Counted from the first letter of the stretch, positions 1 to 9,209 are shown. The stretch is DNA of 64,000 nt from an uncultured Clostridia bacterium (GCA_934754335.1 CAKVHY010000001.1:2484-66483); one strand, 5' to 3'. Made by a program: numbers and translations. Notes: a model not told the origin generated them from the sequence alone.

Positions 1-624
1 TAACTCTTTTCCAGGTACATCTCTTACAGCCTTTTCCGCACTATCTGCTTCAACGTAAGAACCTTTTTTATCTGTTTGCATTTCAGTCGCACTAATTCTC
101 CAGTTTTGTTCCTGATATTTCTTAGTACGAGTAACTTCGCCATCTTTAACTTCTTTAATTGCCTCGATATCTTTATTTAAAGTCAGCCAACTAGAATCCA
201 TATAAAGCCCTTCTGATTCGCTAACCCTATAAAATTTATTTCCGCTTCTTGATTCTAAATCTGCATTTCTTGTATTATACTCTCCATCTTTATAGATAAA
301 GATTTCAGTTTGCATTGTGTAGTTATCCATAATACCTAAGGCATCATTTCTACCCTCAATCCAATAATCAAAATTTTCATCTGCAGTGTAAGCCTTTTTT
401 GCTCCACATATTCTGCAGGCTTTAGTTTCACCAGCATCTATATATGAATGCTCCCCTTCATCAAAATGCTCCTCATCGCAAGCATTACAATCATGCCAAT
501 GAATTTCTTCATTACTAGACCAAACCGCTTTCGGCTTATGTTCTTTTTCACATGCAACAAACCCTAGCCCCGAAATAAAAAGCATTAGCATTAAGAACAA
601 ATTTAACATTCTTTTTCTTAGCAT
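1..624 (-). CDS. putative lipoprotein, C-terminal part cut by window edge
   Basis: Absent from the ORF track because it runs off the window. Reverse-strand ATG at 624 (second in-frame ATG at 609) is preceded by AGGAG (rc of 634-638). My translation reads MLRKRMLNLFLMLMLFISGLGFVAC/EKEHKP..., a signal peptide plus a lipobox-like FVAC. I translated the frame codon by codon and it stays open to base 1. It contains a Cys/His-rich stretch, HWHDCNACDEEH...ACRICG. Confidence 0.6.
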   Translation of the reverse strand, partial: MLRKRMLNLFLMLMLFISGLGFVACEKEHKPKAVWSSNEEIHWHDCNACDEEHFDEGEHSYIDAGETKACRICGAKKAYTADENFDYWIEGRNDALGIMDNYTMQTEIFIYKDGEYNTRNADLESRSGNKFYRVSESEGLYMDSSWLTLNKDIEAIKEVKDGEVTRTKKYQEQNWRISATEMQTDKKGSYVEADSAEKAVRDVPGKEL

Positions 625-955
625 CACAATAATCTCCTAATATAAATTTTTGTTTCAAGTTTAGAAATATCTTAAACATTGAATACCATTAATTAGATTA
701 TACCGAAACCTTCAGTTAGTTCCAAGCAATTTCTCTTTAAATTTTCTTTTCTTAAGTTTTGATAATTAAATACAACAAAATATTAAAAGATAATTTATAT
801 TTTATAGTTTTATCTTTTATATTTTTTATAAATTAAAAGACTTAATTATTACAAATCTTAGCCCAGAAAAAAAATAAGACACTTTTTTTTGAAGTGCCTT
901 TGATACTTTCTTAAAACCGTGGCAAAAAACAAACGAATTTTAAAAATACTAATCT

Positions 956-1189
956 TTAAAATTCGCCATCAGTTAATGCATTTCTGCCGTCAAATTTTTT
1001 TAACGAATTAGTTTTTGTCCATGATGGACGACCACTAGTTCTAGTTTTAATATCTTTGTTAGACAATCCAATTTCTAGCATCATATCTCTTTCTGCATTT
1101 CTAGCATTGTCTATATAGTGCAATAACTCCACTGCACTATGCTTTCCATCTTTATTGATTAAATAGTATGTTGTAATTTCTTTTGTCAT
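956..1189 (-). CDS. small hypothetical protein (77 aa), divergent partner of an XRE regulator
   Basis: ORF-track ORF with AGGAG 7-8 nt upstream of the ATG (rc of 1197-1201). No domain recognised. Weak hairpin plus T-run downstream around 868-900. Confidence 0.5.
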   Translation of the reverse strand: MTKEITTYYLINKDGKHSAVELLHYIDNARNAERDMMLEIGLSNKDIKTRTSGRPSWTKTNSLKKFDGRNALTDGEF

Positions 1190-1409
1190 ATTTTTTCTCC
1201 TAAATTTTACATAAATCTAAATTATTTTCCTTTTAGACTATTTTTCAAATTGATATTAATAAAATATCATATATTGCTTAACACGTCAATTGTTTTAATA
1301 AATATTCCTTTACAAGCAACATTTTATTGCTTTTTGGTCAAATTTAAGCCTTGGGTAGAATATATTAATTAAATACATAAATATATAATTATTATGGAGA
1401 TAATTAAAT

Positions 1410-1718
1410 ATGGAAATGAAGGATATTATTTTTAGAATAGGATATTTTAGAAACAAAGCGAACCTAAGCGCTAGGGCTTTAAGCCTAGAAATAGATAAAA
1501 ATCCTGCATATATAACCAAATTAGAAGCAGGAGAATACGAGCCATCAATGCAAGTGGTTCTTGATATTATCAAGGCATGCAAAATAACGCCCGAAGAATT
1601 TTTTTATATAAATCCTAGCAACTATGCCATAGATAAAAAATCTTTAAAGTTAATAGATAAATTAAGCGAAAGGAAAAAGCAAGCACTCAATATTTTATTA
1701 AATGATATTCATGAATAA
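1410..1718 (+). CDS. XRE-family helix-turn-helix transcriptional regulator
   Basis: N-terminal HTH_3-like pattern (IGYFRNKANLSARALSLEIDKNPAYITKLEAGEYEPSMQVVLDIIKA). GGAG lies upstream. Transcribed divergently from 956-1189. Confidence 0.8.
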   Translation: MEMKDIIFRIGYFRNKANLSARALSLEIDKNPAYITKLEAGEYEPSMQVVLDIIKACKITPEEFFYINPSNYAIDKKSLKLIDKLSERKKQALNILLNDIHE

Positions 1719-1760
1719 GGTTTTCCTTATTCTTTTTTTATTTTAAAATAGTTTAACAAC

Positions 1761-2459
1761 TTATCTATAGTTTTCCTTTATGAATTTTCCCACAACTGGT
1801 GAAAGTTTTTCAGTTACAAACTTTTGGCTTGGGTGCAATCCGTCCGAATTATCAGGGTCAGTTTCATTTGAAAATTCGCATTCATTATACAAATCCAAAA
1901 CTTTTATAGAATACTTATTGCCAACGCTCTTTATTGCGTTTACAATATCTAAAAGTTCAACTCCCGCACTGTTCTTTCCGGTTTTGGAAATACATTTTAA
2001 TGGAGTCATAATAAAAATGAATTTGCCATTGTATTTCTCTTTCAATCTTGAAACAATTCTATTCAACGCACCAAATATTTCTGTTTCATCTTCGCTATCA
2101 ATAGTCCCTAGTTTTGCATTAGCACTATAATCGTTTACACCACCAAGCAAACTAATTATATCTGCATCTTTTCCCAAGGCAATCTGATTATAAATACAAT
2201 CTCTATTGCTAGCACCATCTATAAGCGTTGACCCACTAACTGCCACATTCTGCGCATCATTCAATCCCAATATAGATTTCACAGTTTCAGAATATGGAAC
2301 AGGAGCAAATCTCTGCGACCTTGTTATGCTATCACCTATAGCCAAATAGTTAAGTTCTGAAAAATCCACATTTTCTTGATTGCAACCAGCAACAACGAAA
2401 AGTCCGCTAAACATAATAAAAGTTAAAACGATTATAAAAACTCTTTTAATTTTATTCAT
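1761..2459 (-). CDS. SGNH/GDSL-family hydrolase lipoprotein
   Basis: Block I motif AIGDSIT, GGVND and C-terminal DGLHPS (D-x-x-H). Signal peptide ends in the lipobox VAGC. GGGAG abuts the ORF-track ATG at 2465, so the ATG at 2459 (MNKIKRV...) is the better-spaced start. Confidence 0.8.
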   Translation of the reverse strand: MNKIKRVFIIVLTFIMFSGLFVVAGCNQENVDFSELNYLAIGDSITRSQRFAPVPYSETVKSILGLNDAQNVAVSGSTLIDGASNRDCIYNQIALGKDADIISLLGGVNDYSANAKLGTIDSEDETEIFGALNRIVSRLKEKYNGKFIFIMTPLKCISKTGKNSAGVELLDIVNAIKSVGNKYSIKVLDLYNECEFSNETDPDNSDGLHPSQKFVTEKLSPVVGKFIKENYR

Positions 2460-2725
2460 TAGCATCTCCCAATTTCGTTGCTTTTCAAATATTTTCCATT
2501 ATTAAAATCATTACCAATCACATAAATTAAGCAAACTGAAGATTTTTTACATGGTATTATAGTGAAAAATTATAACATTGTCAATCCAATATTTTAATAA
2601 AATAAAAATAATGTGTAAAAATTTTATCTACAAGTTTTAAGTAAAAACTCTTTAGCAAAATTTTCATTAAACACAGATTTATAATGTAACATTTTCATTA
2701 TTATACTTGCATTTAATAATTATAT

Positions 2726-2769
2726 ACGAAAATTATTCGTATTGCAACTATTTAACGAAAATATTTCGT
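2726..2769. promoter_or_regulatory. two copies of the palindrome ACGAA-N5-TTCGT (putative XRE operator pair)
   Basis: ACGAAAATTATTCGT at 2726-2740 and ACGAAAATATTTCGT at 2755-2769, centres 29 bp apart, directly upstream of the XRE gene. The second overlaps a TATAAT at 2769-2774, only 6 nt before the ATG at 2781. Confidence 0.4.
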
Positions 2770-2780
2770 ATAATATCTCT

Positions 2781-2981
2781 ATGGAAATAGGAGATATTAT
2801 AAAATCTTTAAGAATTGAGCACAAAATGACGCAATCTCAACTTGCGACATTACTTTTTACAAGTCAAGACACAATATCTCTTTGGGAACGAAATAAAAGT
2901 TATCCTGATGTAAAAACAGTTATAAAACTAACGCAAATATTTAATGTTTCAGCAGATTATATATTAGGACTTGAAGATTAA
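2781..2981 (+). CDS. XRE-family helix-turn-helix transcriptional regulator (about 66 aa)
   Basis: MEIGDIIKSLRIEHKMTQSQLATLLFTSQDTISLWERNKSYPDVKTVIKLTQIFNVSADYILGL is a typical HTH_3 layout. The ORF track starts at TTG 2742; ATG 2781 fits the family N-terminus better. The stop TAA (2979-2981) lies inside the first bases of the aspS repeat. Confidence 0.75.
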   Translation: MEIGDIIKSLRIEHKMTQSQLATLLFTSQDTISLWERNKSYPDVKTVIKLTQIFNVSADYILGLED

Positions 2982-3309
2982 TGGCTATGGAACTTTGTCT
3001 GGAGCGGTTAGAAACCACCAAACTGATTTGATGGTTAAAGCATTCGAGATGGCTGGTTATGACAAACAAACTATTAAAGATAAGTTTGGTGCGTTATATA
3101 ACGCTTTCCAATATGGTGCTCCACCACATGCTGGCGGTGCGTTCGGGCTTGAAAGACTTCTAATGATTTTAACAGATAATGAATTTATAAGAGAAGTTAT
3201 TGCATTCCCATTGAATAAGAATGCAAGAGATTTGATGATGGGTGCTCCAAGTAAAGTTAGTGAAAAACAATTAAAAGACGTTGGTCTTGAATTGATAGAT
3301 AAAAAGTAA
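2977..3309 (+). pseudogene. orphan 3' fragment of aspartate--tRNA ligase (last ~111 codons only)
   Basis: The translation (..NGYGTLSGAVRNHQTDLMVKAFEMAGYD...GLELIDKK) matches the C-terminus of full-length AspS (7467-9209) except for 3 residues. There is no catalytic core, no ATG and no RBS; the ORF-track start is a TTG created at the junction. Confidence 0.85.
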
Positions 3310-3317
3310 AAAAAAGA
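2977..3317 (+). repeat. left arm of inverted repeat (aspS 3' end)
   Basis: Aligns to the reverse complement of 7460-7799. I count 5 substitutions and no indels over about 335 nt. Similarity starts at ATTAATGG and ends about 8 nt after the stop codon. Confidence 0.9.
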
Positions 3318-3340
3318 AGTGCTTAAGCACTTCTTTTTTA
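3308..3340. terminator. bidirectional rho-independent terminator
   Basis: AGAAGTGC-TTAA-GCACTTCT hairpin (3315-3334) flanked by an A-run and a T-run. It sits between the aspS fragment and the convergent oxidoreductase gene. Confidence 0.7.
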
Positions 3341-3349
3341 TATATAACT

Positions 3350-4411
3350 CTATTTTGTTAAAGATTTAATATAGTGAATATCTGGCATATTATCTGTTGT
3401 AACATATCCGGCAGGTGCTTTAATCACATCTAGAAGTCTATTTACAACTGTAGCGCAAGTAAGTTCCACAGTGGCAGGTCTGTTAACTGTTACAGTGGTT
3501 GTTGGTTCGCCTTCAACAGTCCATTCATTAACGTCAAATTCATCTGGTCCATAAACTTTTCCGATGCACTCGCTTTCAATGATAATTCCTTCCTTAGTTT
3601 CAGTTGTAACCACAGCGCTCATACCTGTTGCGTCACCTTTCTTAATTTTCATACCTAAAGTTTGAGAAACCAAATCTTTCTTATAGGTTTGAGGAACGCA
3701 TTTTTGGGTTTGTCTAGTAACAGTAAGTCCTAGTTTTTCACAAAGCCAGCCATTAACTGTCCACATATATGATGGAGAATATTTGCCTGAGTCGATAAGT
3801 TTTTGTCTTTCTTTATCTGACATTCTATCCACAGAAGCAATTTCTTTATCGAAAGTTTTAAGGTCTAAGCCTGCACCATGAACTTGGGCAAGGGCAATAC
3901 CATAATCCTCAACGTTATAACTAGATTTGCCTCTAATTTTCTTAATTGTTTGGGTTGTACCGCAAAGAGATGTTACCATAGTACCCCAAGAATAATCTTG
4001 ATAACCGCTACCGCATAGAGTGCAGTTGTTTTCTTTTGCAAGTTTATCTAATTTTTGAGTAATTTTCTTTGCAGAGTTCCAAGGATAGAATGCTTCTTCG
4101 CAAGTTGAAATTGCATTAACTCCGCATTTTGCACAAATTTCAAAGGCTGTTTCAATATCGCTCATTAGGCTCATAGTTGTAACAATGGCAATATCTGGCT
4201 TAGTTTTTTTCAAAACCTTTTCAAGTTCTTCAACGTTTGAAATGCAAACATTCTTTTTATCTCCGCCAATTACGGAAGAAATATCTTTGCCAATTCTATC
4301 AACAGCGATATCGAACGCACAAACAATTTCTCCGCCTTTTTCGTAAACATATCTCATTGTATATTTACTCATTTTTCCGCAACCAATTTGAGCAACTTTA
4401 ATTTTTTTCAT
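3350..4411 (-). CDS. NAD(P)-binding oxidoreductase, DapB-like / amine dehydrogenase (2,4-diaminopentanoate dehydrogenase-like) family
   Basis: N-terminal Rossmann signature KVAQIGCGKMS. Length (353 aa) and internal blocks (VNAISTCEEAFYPW, CTLCGSGYQDY, C-terminal PAGYVTTDNMP) resemble that family from memory. AGGAG RBS present. Confidence 0.55.
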   Translation of the reverse strand: MKKIKVAQIGCGKMSKYTMRYVYEKGGEIVCAFDIAVDRIGKDISSVIGGDKKNVCISNVEELEKVLKKTKPDIAIVTTMSLMSDIETAFEICAKCGVNAISTCEEAFYPWNSAKKITQKLDKLAKENNCTLCGSGYQDYSWGTMVTSLCGTTQTIKKIRGKSSYNVEDYGIALAQVHGAGLDLKTFDKEIASVDRMSDKERQKLIDSGKYSPSYMWTVNGWLCEKLGLTVTRQTQKCVPQTYKKDLVSQTLGMKIKKGDATGMSAVVTTETKEGIIIESECIGKVYGPDEFDVNEWTVEGEPTTTVTVNRPATVELTCATVVNRLLDVIKAPAGYVTTDNMPDIHYIKSLTK

Positions 4412-4577
4412 ATAATTCTCCTTTTTTCATTTTATAACTTTATTTTAATAATCTTAATGAATTTAGTCAAATAAATTTTATAAATTGTTTATGAATTATT
4501 TTTTGTTAAAAGGATTCGGATTATGTGTAAAAATGTTAAAAAGTTTAACACAAATCTTAAAGATATTTCATTAAATC

Positions 4578-7244
4578 TTACTTTTTATTTTCTAATTTCT
4601 TCTTTTTCTTTTCGTTATAAACAATCATTCCAACTGCTATTGCTATAACAATAATTCCGATACAAATTACAATTATAGCCCATAAATACTCAAATGGTGC
4701 TTTTTCAACTTCAAAACCTTTTTCAATTATTTTGTTATATACTTTATACGTTTCGTTCTCGCTTAAAATTCTTAATCTAACGTCATAAACGCCAACCTCT
4801 TTTGGAACGCTAGTTGACCACTTATCTGTACCAGTTTTTGCGTATTCAACGATTATACCGCAATTTTTTGGAACAACAAATCCACCCTTTTCGCCCTCAG
4901 TTACTTTTTGAGGAGATTCATTCTCTAAAACAAAATCTTTCTTTGCAATTACAAACATACATTCCTCTGTGCAACCATTATAATTGCTTGTTTCTAAAAC
5001 GCTTGCAATTAGTTTGTAACTACCCGCCTTTGTTGGTACAACACTACTACTATAATTTATATCTAGACCAACATATTTATATGTAATTTCACCAAACTCA
5101 ACATTTGCATTAGGAGTTTTTGCTGTTTCGCCAACTACCCAACTAGAAATTGATAGGTTTGTTATCGTATTATATGTATATTTTTCAATCTCGAAACTTA
5201 ACGTAATGGTTTGCTCTGTTTCATCTCTCCAAGCATAGTTTTTAAAACTATTATCAGTTATTTTTAGAATAACCTCATAATTTCCGATATTAATTCCGCC
5301 ATCGTTCTTTATTACGATTATTCTATCATCTTTAGCAATATCTGCAATTTGAATTTCTCCACTATATACTTTAGAATTTAAATTAGGAATTGAAATCAAT
5401 GCTTTATTTATAACAAAATTAAAAGTTAGGTTATCTATCGTGGAATCACTCCATATATAATTGTTTTTATCTTTTAATGCAACTGTTACAAAATACAAGC
5501 CTGTTTCTGTTTGTTTATTATTTGTAATCATATAAGCATTATTCTCAACCAATGAATATGTTTGTTCAAAACCATTATATATGAAATTACTATTATTTTC
5601 AGTGGGTTTATCTATTTGTTTTTTCAATATCTTAAAAGAAATTTGCTCTGAAGCACCAATATAATTATCTGTTTCTTCAATACTTGCAATTAATGTATAA
5701 TTTCCAGCGGGTGCATTTGCTATATCTTCAACAATTTCACCATTGAAATTTTTATAAGTATAAACAATTTCGCCCAAATTTGCATTTCCGTTTGGTTTAT
5801 TAAATCCCTCATCATATTCGCTATATGCCCAATCTGTGATAACTAAATTTGCTATATAATTTGTATAATTTTTCTTTATCTCAAATATAACTTTAACTAT
5901 CGCATTCGTGCCTGTTTCATCATCGCCCCATCTATAATTGTTTGCGTCTTTTAATTGGAATATTACATCATAATTTCCAGCGTTTATTCCGCCCAAATTA
6001 CCCGTATTTTCAACCACACCATATAAATTACTAACGCTTACATCTGCAACCTGTAACCTGCCATTATAATCTTTAGAATTAACGACAGGAACAGAAACAG
6101 ATTGTTTTTCAATTATAAATTCAAATTCCAATTTATCTGTTGTACCATCAGTCCATTCATAGCAATTCTCTTTTTTAAATTCAACATAAACAGTATAAGT
6201 TCCAGCATCTGTTTGTTTATTTCCTGTTATGATATAAGCATCGTTTTCGGCTATATCGTAAGTCTGCTCCATCCCATTATATGTAAACAAACTACTATCT
6301 TTTTCTGGCTTACCCACAGTTTGCTTTGAGATTTCAAACGATATTGTTTCTGTAACGCCACTATAGTTATCCGTTTCTTCAACCTTTGCTTCAAGAGTAT
6401 ATAAACCAGCAGTTGCGTTTGCTATATCTTCAACAACTTCCGAATTATTATCACGATATGTGTAAACAATATCGCCCACTTTTGATGTTGCACTTGGTGC
6501 ATTAACCACCGTATCGTATTGTCCATAATTCCAAGAGGTGATTTTTAAACCTGAGATTTGGTTATTTGTTTCTTTTAAGATTTGAAACTTTGCAGTAACT
6601 GTATCTTGAGTTTTATCTTCAACACCATTCCAAAAGAATACCTCAACATTCTTGCTTTTTAATGTTACTTCGTATTCGCCAACATTAATTCCGCCTTCAT
6701 TCGTTAGAACATCATATTTTGCATCGTTTGGAATTGTGGCAACTTGTTGCTTGCCATTATATGTGGCGGTGAATGTTGGAATATCCATTCCCTCTTCATC
6801 AGCAACTATAAAATAATCTTCAATAGTTACCTCATATTTTGCATATTTGTTTCTTGTATCTGTAATAGTTATATATAAATCGTAGTAGCCCTTATTTTTA
6901 ACTAACCCTACACCCCAACTCTCACCTGCATCATTATGAGATTTAACAAAAGCGGAATAATTTAGAGTGGAAACATATGTATATCTATTTCCATCAATAC
7001 CTGTTGTTCTCTCAGCAATTAAATCTTCATTTTCAACAACGAAATATTTGTACGGATTTAAATCAACCTCTGCGCCTCCTTTATACTTAATATAAGCAGG
7101 CTTTTCATCAATGATTACATTCATCTGCTTTAATTCGCCATCAGCCAAAACTTCTTTTTTAGGACTTACAGTACCCAAACAAAAAGCAAGCGCTAAAATT
7201 ATCACTGGCATAATTAAACTACATATTCTTTTCACATTTTTCAT
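4578..7244 (-). CDS. repeat-rich cell-surface protein (MBG/Ig-like repeats) with C-terminal membrane anchor
   Basis: N-terminal signal peptide. About three super-repeats of ~230 aa, each built from ~75-aa units with recurring Y-N/S-G-x-x-Q ... G-x-Y-x-V ... NY motifs. C-terminal hydrophobic helix (LWAIIVICIGIIVIAIAVGMIV) followed by a KKKKK tail; no LPXTG. Confidence 0.7.
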   Translation of the reverse strand: MKNVKRICSLIMPVIILALAFCLGTVSPKKEVLADGELKQMNVIIDEKPAYIKYKGGAEVDLNPYKYFVVENEDLIAERTTGIDGNRYTYVSTLNYSAFVKSHNDAGESWGVGLVKNKGYYDLYITITDTRNKYAKYEVTIEDYFIVADEEGMDIPTFTATYNGKQQVATIPNDAKYDVLTNEGGINVGEYEVTLKSKNVEVFFWNGVEDKTQDTVTAKFQILKETNNQISGLKITSWNYGQYDTVVNAPSATSKVGDIVYTYRDNNSEVVEDIANATAGLYTLEAKVEETDNYSGVTETISFEISKQTVGKPEKDSSLFTYNGMEQTYDIAENDAYIITGNKQTDAGTYTVYVEFKKENCYEWTDGTTDKLEFEFIIEKQSVSVPVVNSKDYNGRLQVADVSVSNLYGVVENTGNLGGINAGNYDVIFQLKDANNYRWGDDETGTNAIVKVIFEIKKNYTNYIANLVITDWAYSEYDEGFNKPNGNANLGEIVYTYKNFNGEIVEDIANAPAGNYTLIASIEETDNYIGASEQISFKILKKQIDKPTENNSNFIYNGFEQTYSLVENNAYMITNNKQTETGLYFVTVALKDKNNYIWSDSTIDNLTFNFVINKALISIPNLNSKVYSGEIQIADIAKDDRIIVIKNDGGINIGNYEVILKITDNSFKNYAWRDETEQTITLSFEIEKYTYNTITNLSISSWVVGETAKTPNANVEFGEITYKYVGLDINYSSSVVPTKAGSYKLIASVLETSNYNGCTEECMFVIAKKDFVLENESPQKVTEGEKGGFVVPKNCGIIVEYAKTGTDKWSTSVPKEVGVYDVRLRILSENETYKVYNKIIEKGFEVEKAPFEYLWAIIVICIGIIVIAIAVGMIVYNEKKKKKLENKK

Positions 7245-7431
7245 ATTGTTTTTCCTTTAGTTTATTTATATATAAAAGTTTTGTATAAAACAAAACTCTT
7301 ATAACTTAATAAAGTACCCTAGAACCTACATCTATTAACTTTATATTATCAAATTATTAATTAAAGTGCAAACAAATAAAATAAAACTCGGGAAATTGAC
7401 AAATTGGGTTTTATTGCTAATTTTATATTAA

Positions 7432-7463
7432 AAACATAAAAAGTGCGATGCAATATCACACTT
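7432..7463 (-). terminator. aspS terminator
   Basis: On the minus strand: AAGTGTGAT-ATTGC-ATCGCACTT (9-bp stem with one G-U pair) followed by TTTATGTTTTT, beginning 4 nt after the aspS stop. Confidence 0.6.
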
Positions 7464-7799
7464 TTTTTACTTTTTATCTATCAATTCAAGACCAACGTCT
7501 TTTAATTGTTTTTCACTAACTTTACTTGGAGCGCCCATCATCAAATCTCTTGCATTCTTATTCAATGGGAATGCAATAACTTCTCTTATAAATTCATTAT
7601 CTGTTAAAATCATTAGAAGTCTTTCAAGTCCGAACGCACCGCCAGCATGTGGTGGAGCACCATATTGGAAAGCGTTATATAACGCACCAAACTTATCTTT
7701 AACAGTTTGTTCGTCATAACCAGCCATCTCGAATGCTTTAACCATCAAATCAGTTTGGTGGTTTCTAACCGCTCCAGACAAAGTTTCATAGCCATTAAT
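7460..7799 (-). repeat. right arm of inverted repeat (genuine 3' end of aspS)
   Basis: Reverse complement aligns with 2977-3317 (5 mismatches). Confidence 0.9.
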
Positions 7800-9209
7800 A
7801 ACCAAGTCGTATTGATATGCTAAGATATCAAAAGGATTTTTAGAGTTTAGGGCTTCCAATCCGCCTTGAGGCATAGAGAAAGGATTATGAGCAAAATCTA
7901 TATCGCCAGTTTCTTCATTCTTTTCAAAGAATGGGAAATCACAAATCCAGCAACAAGCAATTTTATTCTTATCTATTAAATCTAGTTGCTTGCCAAGTTC
8001 GTTTCTAAGAACATTTGTTAGTTTTATTACTTGGTCCTTTTCGTCGGCAATCATCAAGATAGATTCGCCATCTTTCAAATCAAATTCCCTGATTAAATCC
8101 GCTTTATTCTTATCTGTTAGAAATTTAGAAATTCCGCCAGCAAAGTCACCATTCTCAAACTTAACCCAAGCCACGCCTTTACCTTCATAAGAAACAATAA
8201 GCGTGGTTAATTCGTCATAAAACTTTCTCGTTTTCTCTTTAGCGTTTACTGAAATACCTTTAATAGTTTTTCCCTTAAAAGCATTAAACTCAGTACCTTC
8301 AAATAAAGTGCTTAAATCATGAACGATAAGCGGATTTCTCAAATCTGGCTTATCTGAACAATACTTATCTATGGCTTCCCTATAAGGGATTCTAACAAAT
8401 GGTTTTCCGCAAATTTCTTTATCTGAGAAAGTTTTAAAGAACTCAGTTATAAATTCTTCGCCGGCTCTCATAACATCGTCTTGTGTGGCAAAACTCATTT
8501 CAAAATCCACTTGATAAAACTCTCCCGGAGACCTATCGGCTCTGGCAGCCTCGTTTCTAAAGCAAGGAGCAATTTGAAAATATTTATCAAAGCCGGAAAT
8601 CATTAGAAGTTGCTTAAATTGTTGAGGGGCTTGGGGAAGAGCATAAAACTCACCTGGAGCATTAACCGTTGGGACAATATAATCTCTTGCACCTTCAGGG
8701 CTTGAAGATGTTAGGATAGGAGTTTGAACTTCCAAAAATCCCATTTGAGATAGTTTGTTTCTAATCCAACTTAAAACTTTTGCTCTCAAAACAATTATCT
8801 TATGAACAGCAGGATTTCTTAAATCCAAATATCTATAAGTTAATCTTAATTCTTCTTTTGTGTTCTGAGAGTCGTTTATTTCAAATGGAAGAACAGGCAA
8901 ACTCTTGCCAAGCAAAGTGATTTCATTTGCCACAACTTCAATGTCACCAGTTTCCATCTTAGGATTTTTACTACTTCTTTCTTCCACAACACCAGTGATA
9001 CTAACAGTACTTTCTTTGCAAATATCTTTAAGCATATCTTCGTTGTCAAAAACAACTTGAGTTAAGCCGAAGTGGTCACGCAATGTTAGAAAAGTAATTC
9101 CGCCAAGTTTTCTAATAGAATTAACCCAGCCTGAAAGCCTAACTTCTTGTTTGCAATCTTTAAGTCTTAATTCCCCGCAATTATGGGTTCTGTAAATATT
9201 TTCTTGCAT
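7467..9209 (-). CDS. aspS: aspartate--tRNA ligase
   Basis: Class II aaRS motifs (FYALPQAPQQFKQLLM, FRNEAARADRSPEF-like, GGAFGLERL), an OB-fold N-terminus and about 580 aa. GGAG sits 7 nt before the ATG at 9209 (MQENIYRTH...); the ORF-track ATG at 9221 lacks an RBS. Confidence 0.95.
   Translation of the reverse strand: MQENIYRTHNCGELRLKDCKQEVRLSGWVNSIRKLGGITFLTLRDHFGLTQVVFDNEDMLKDICKESTVSITGVVEERSSKNPKMETGDIEVVANEITLLGKSLPVLPFEINDSQNTKEELRLTYRYLDLRNPAVHKIIVLRAKVLSWIRNKLSQMGFLEVQTPILTSSSPEGARDYIVPTVNAPGEFYALPQAPQQFKQLLMISGFDKYFQIAPCFRNEAARADRSPGEFYQVDFEMSFATQDDVMRAGEEFITEFFKTFSDKEICGKPFVRIPYREAIDKYCSDKPDLRNPLIVHDLSTLFEGTEFNAFKGKTIKGISVNAKEKTRKFYDELTTLIVSYEGKGVAWVKFENGDFAGGISKFLTDKNKADLIREFDLKDGESILMIADEKDQVIKLTNVLRNELGKQLDLIDKNKIACCWICDFPFFEKNEETGDIDFAHNPFSMPQGGLEALNSKNPFDILAYQYDLVINGYETLSGAVRNHQTDLMVKAFEMAGYDEQTVKDKFGALYNAFQYGAPPHAGGAFGLERLLMILTDNEFIREVIAFPLNKNARDLMMGAPSKVSEKQLKDVGLELIDKK

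Noticed and set aside
1310-1582. 90-aa minus-strand ORF overlapping the XRE gene
   Set aside because: It is antisense to a well-supported HTH gene, hydrophobic and low-complexity, and has no RBS.
2971-3309. ORF-track 112-aa ORF as an independent small AspRS-like protein
   Set aside because: It is only the C-terminal tail of AspS, with no catalytic motifs 1 and 2. It starts at a junction-created TTG and has no RBS. It is best treated as a gene fragment within the inverted repeat.
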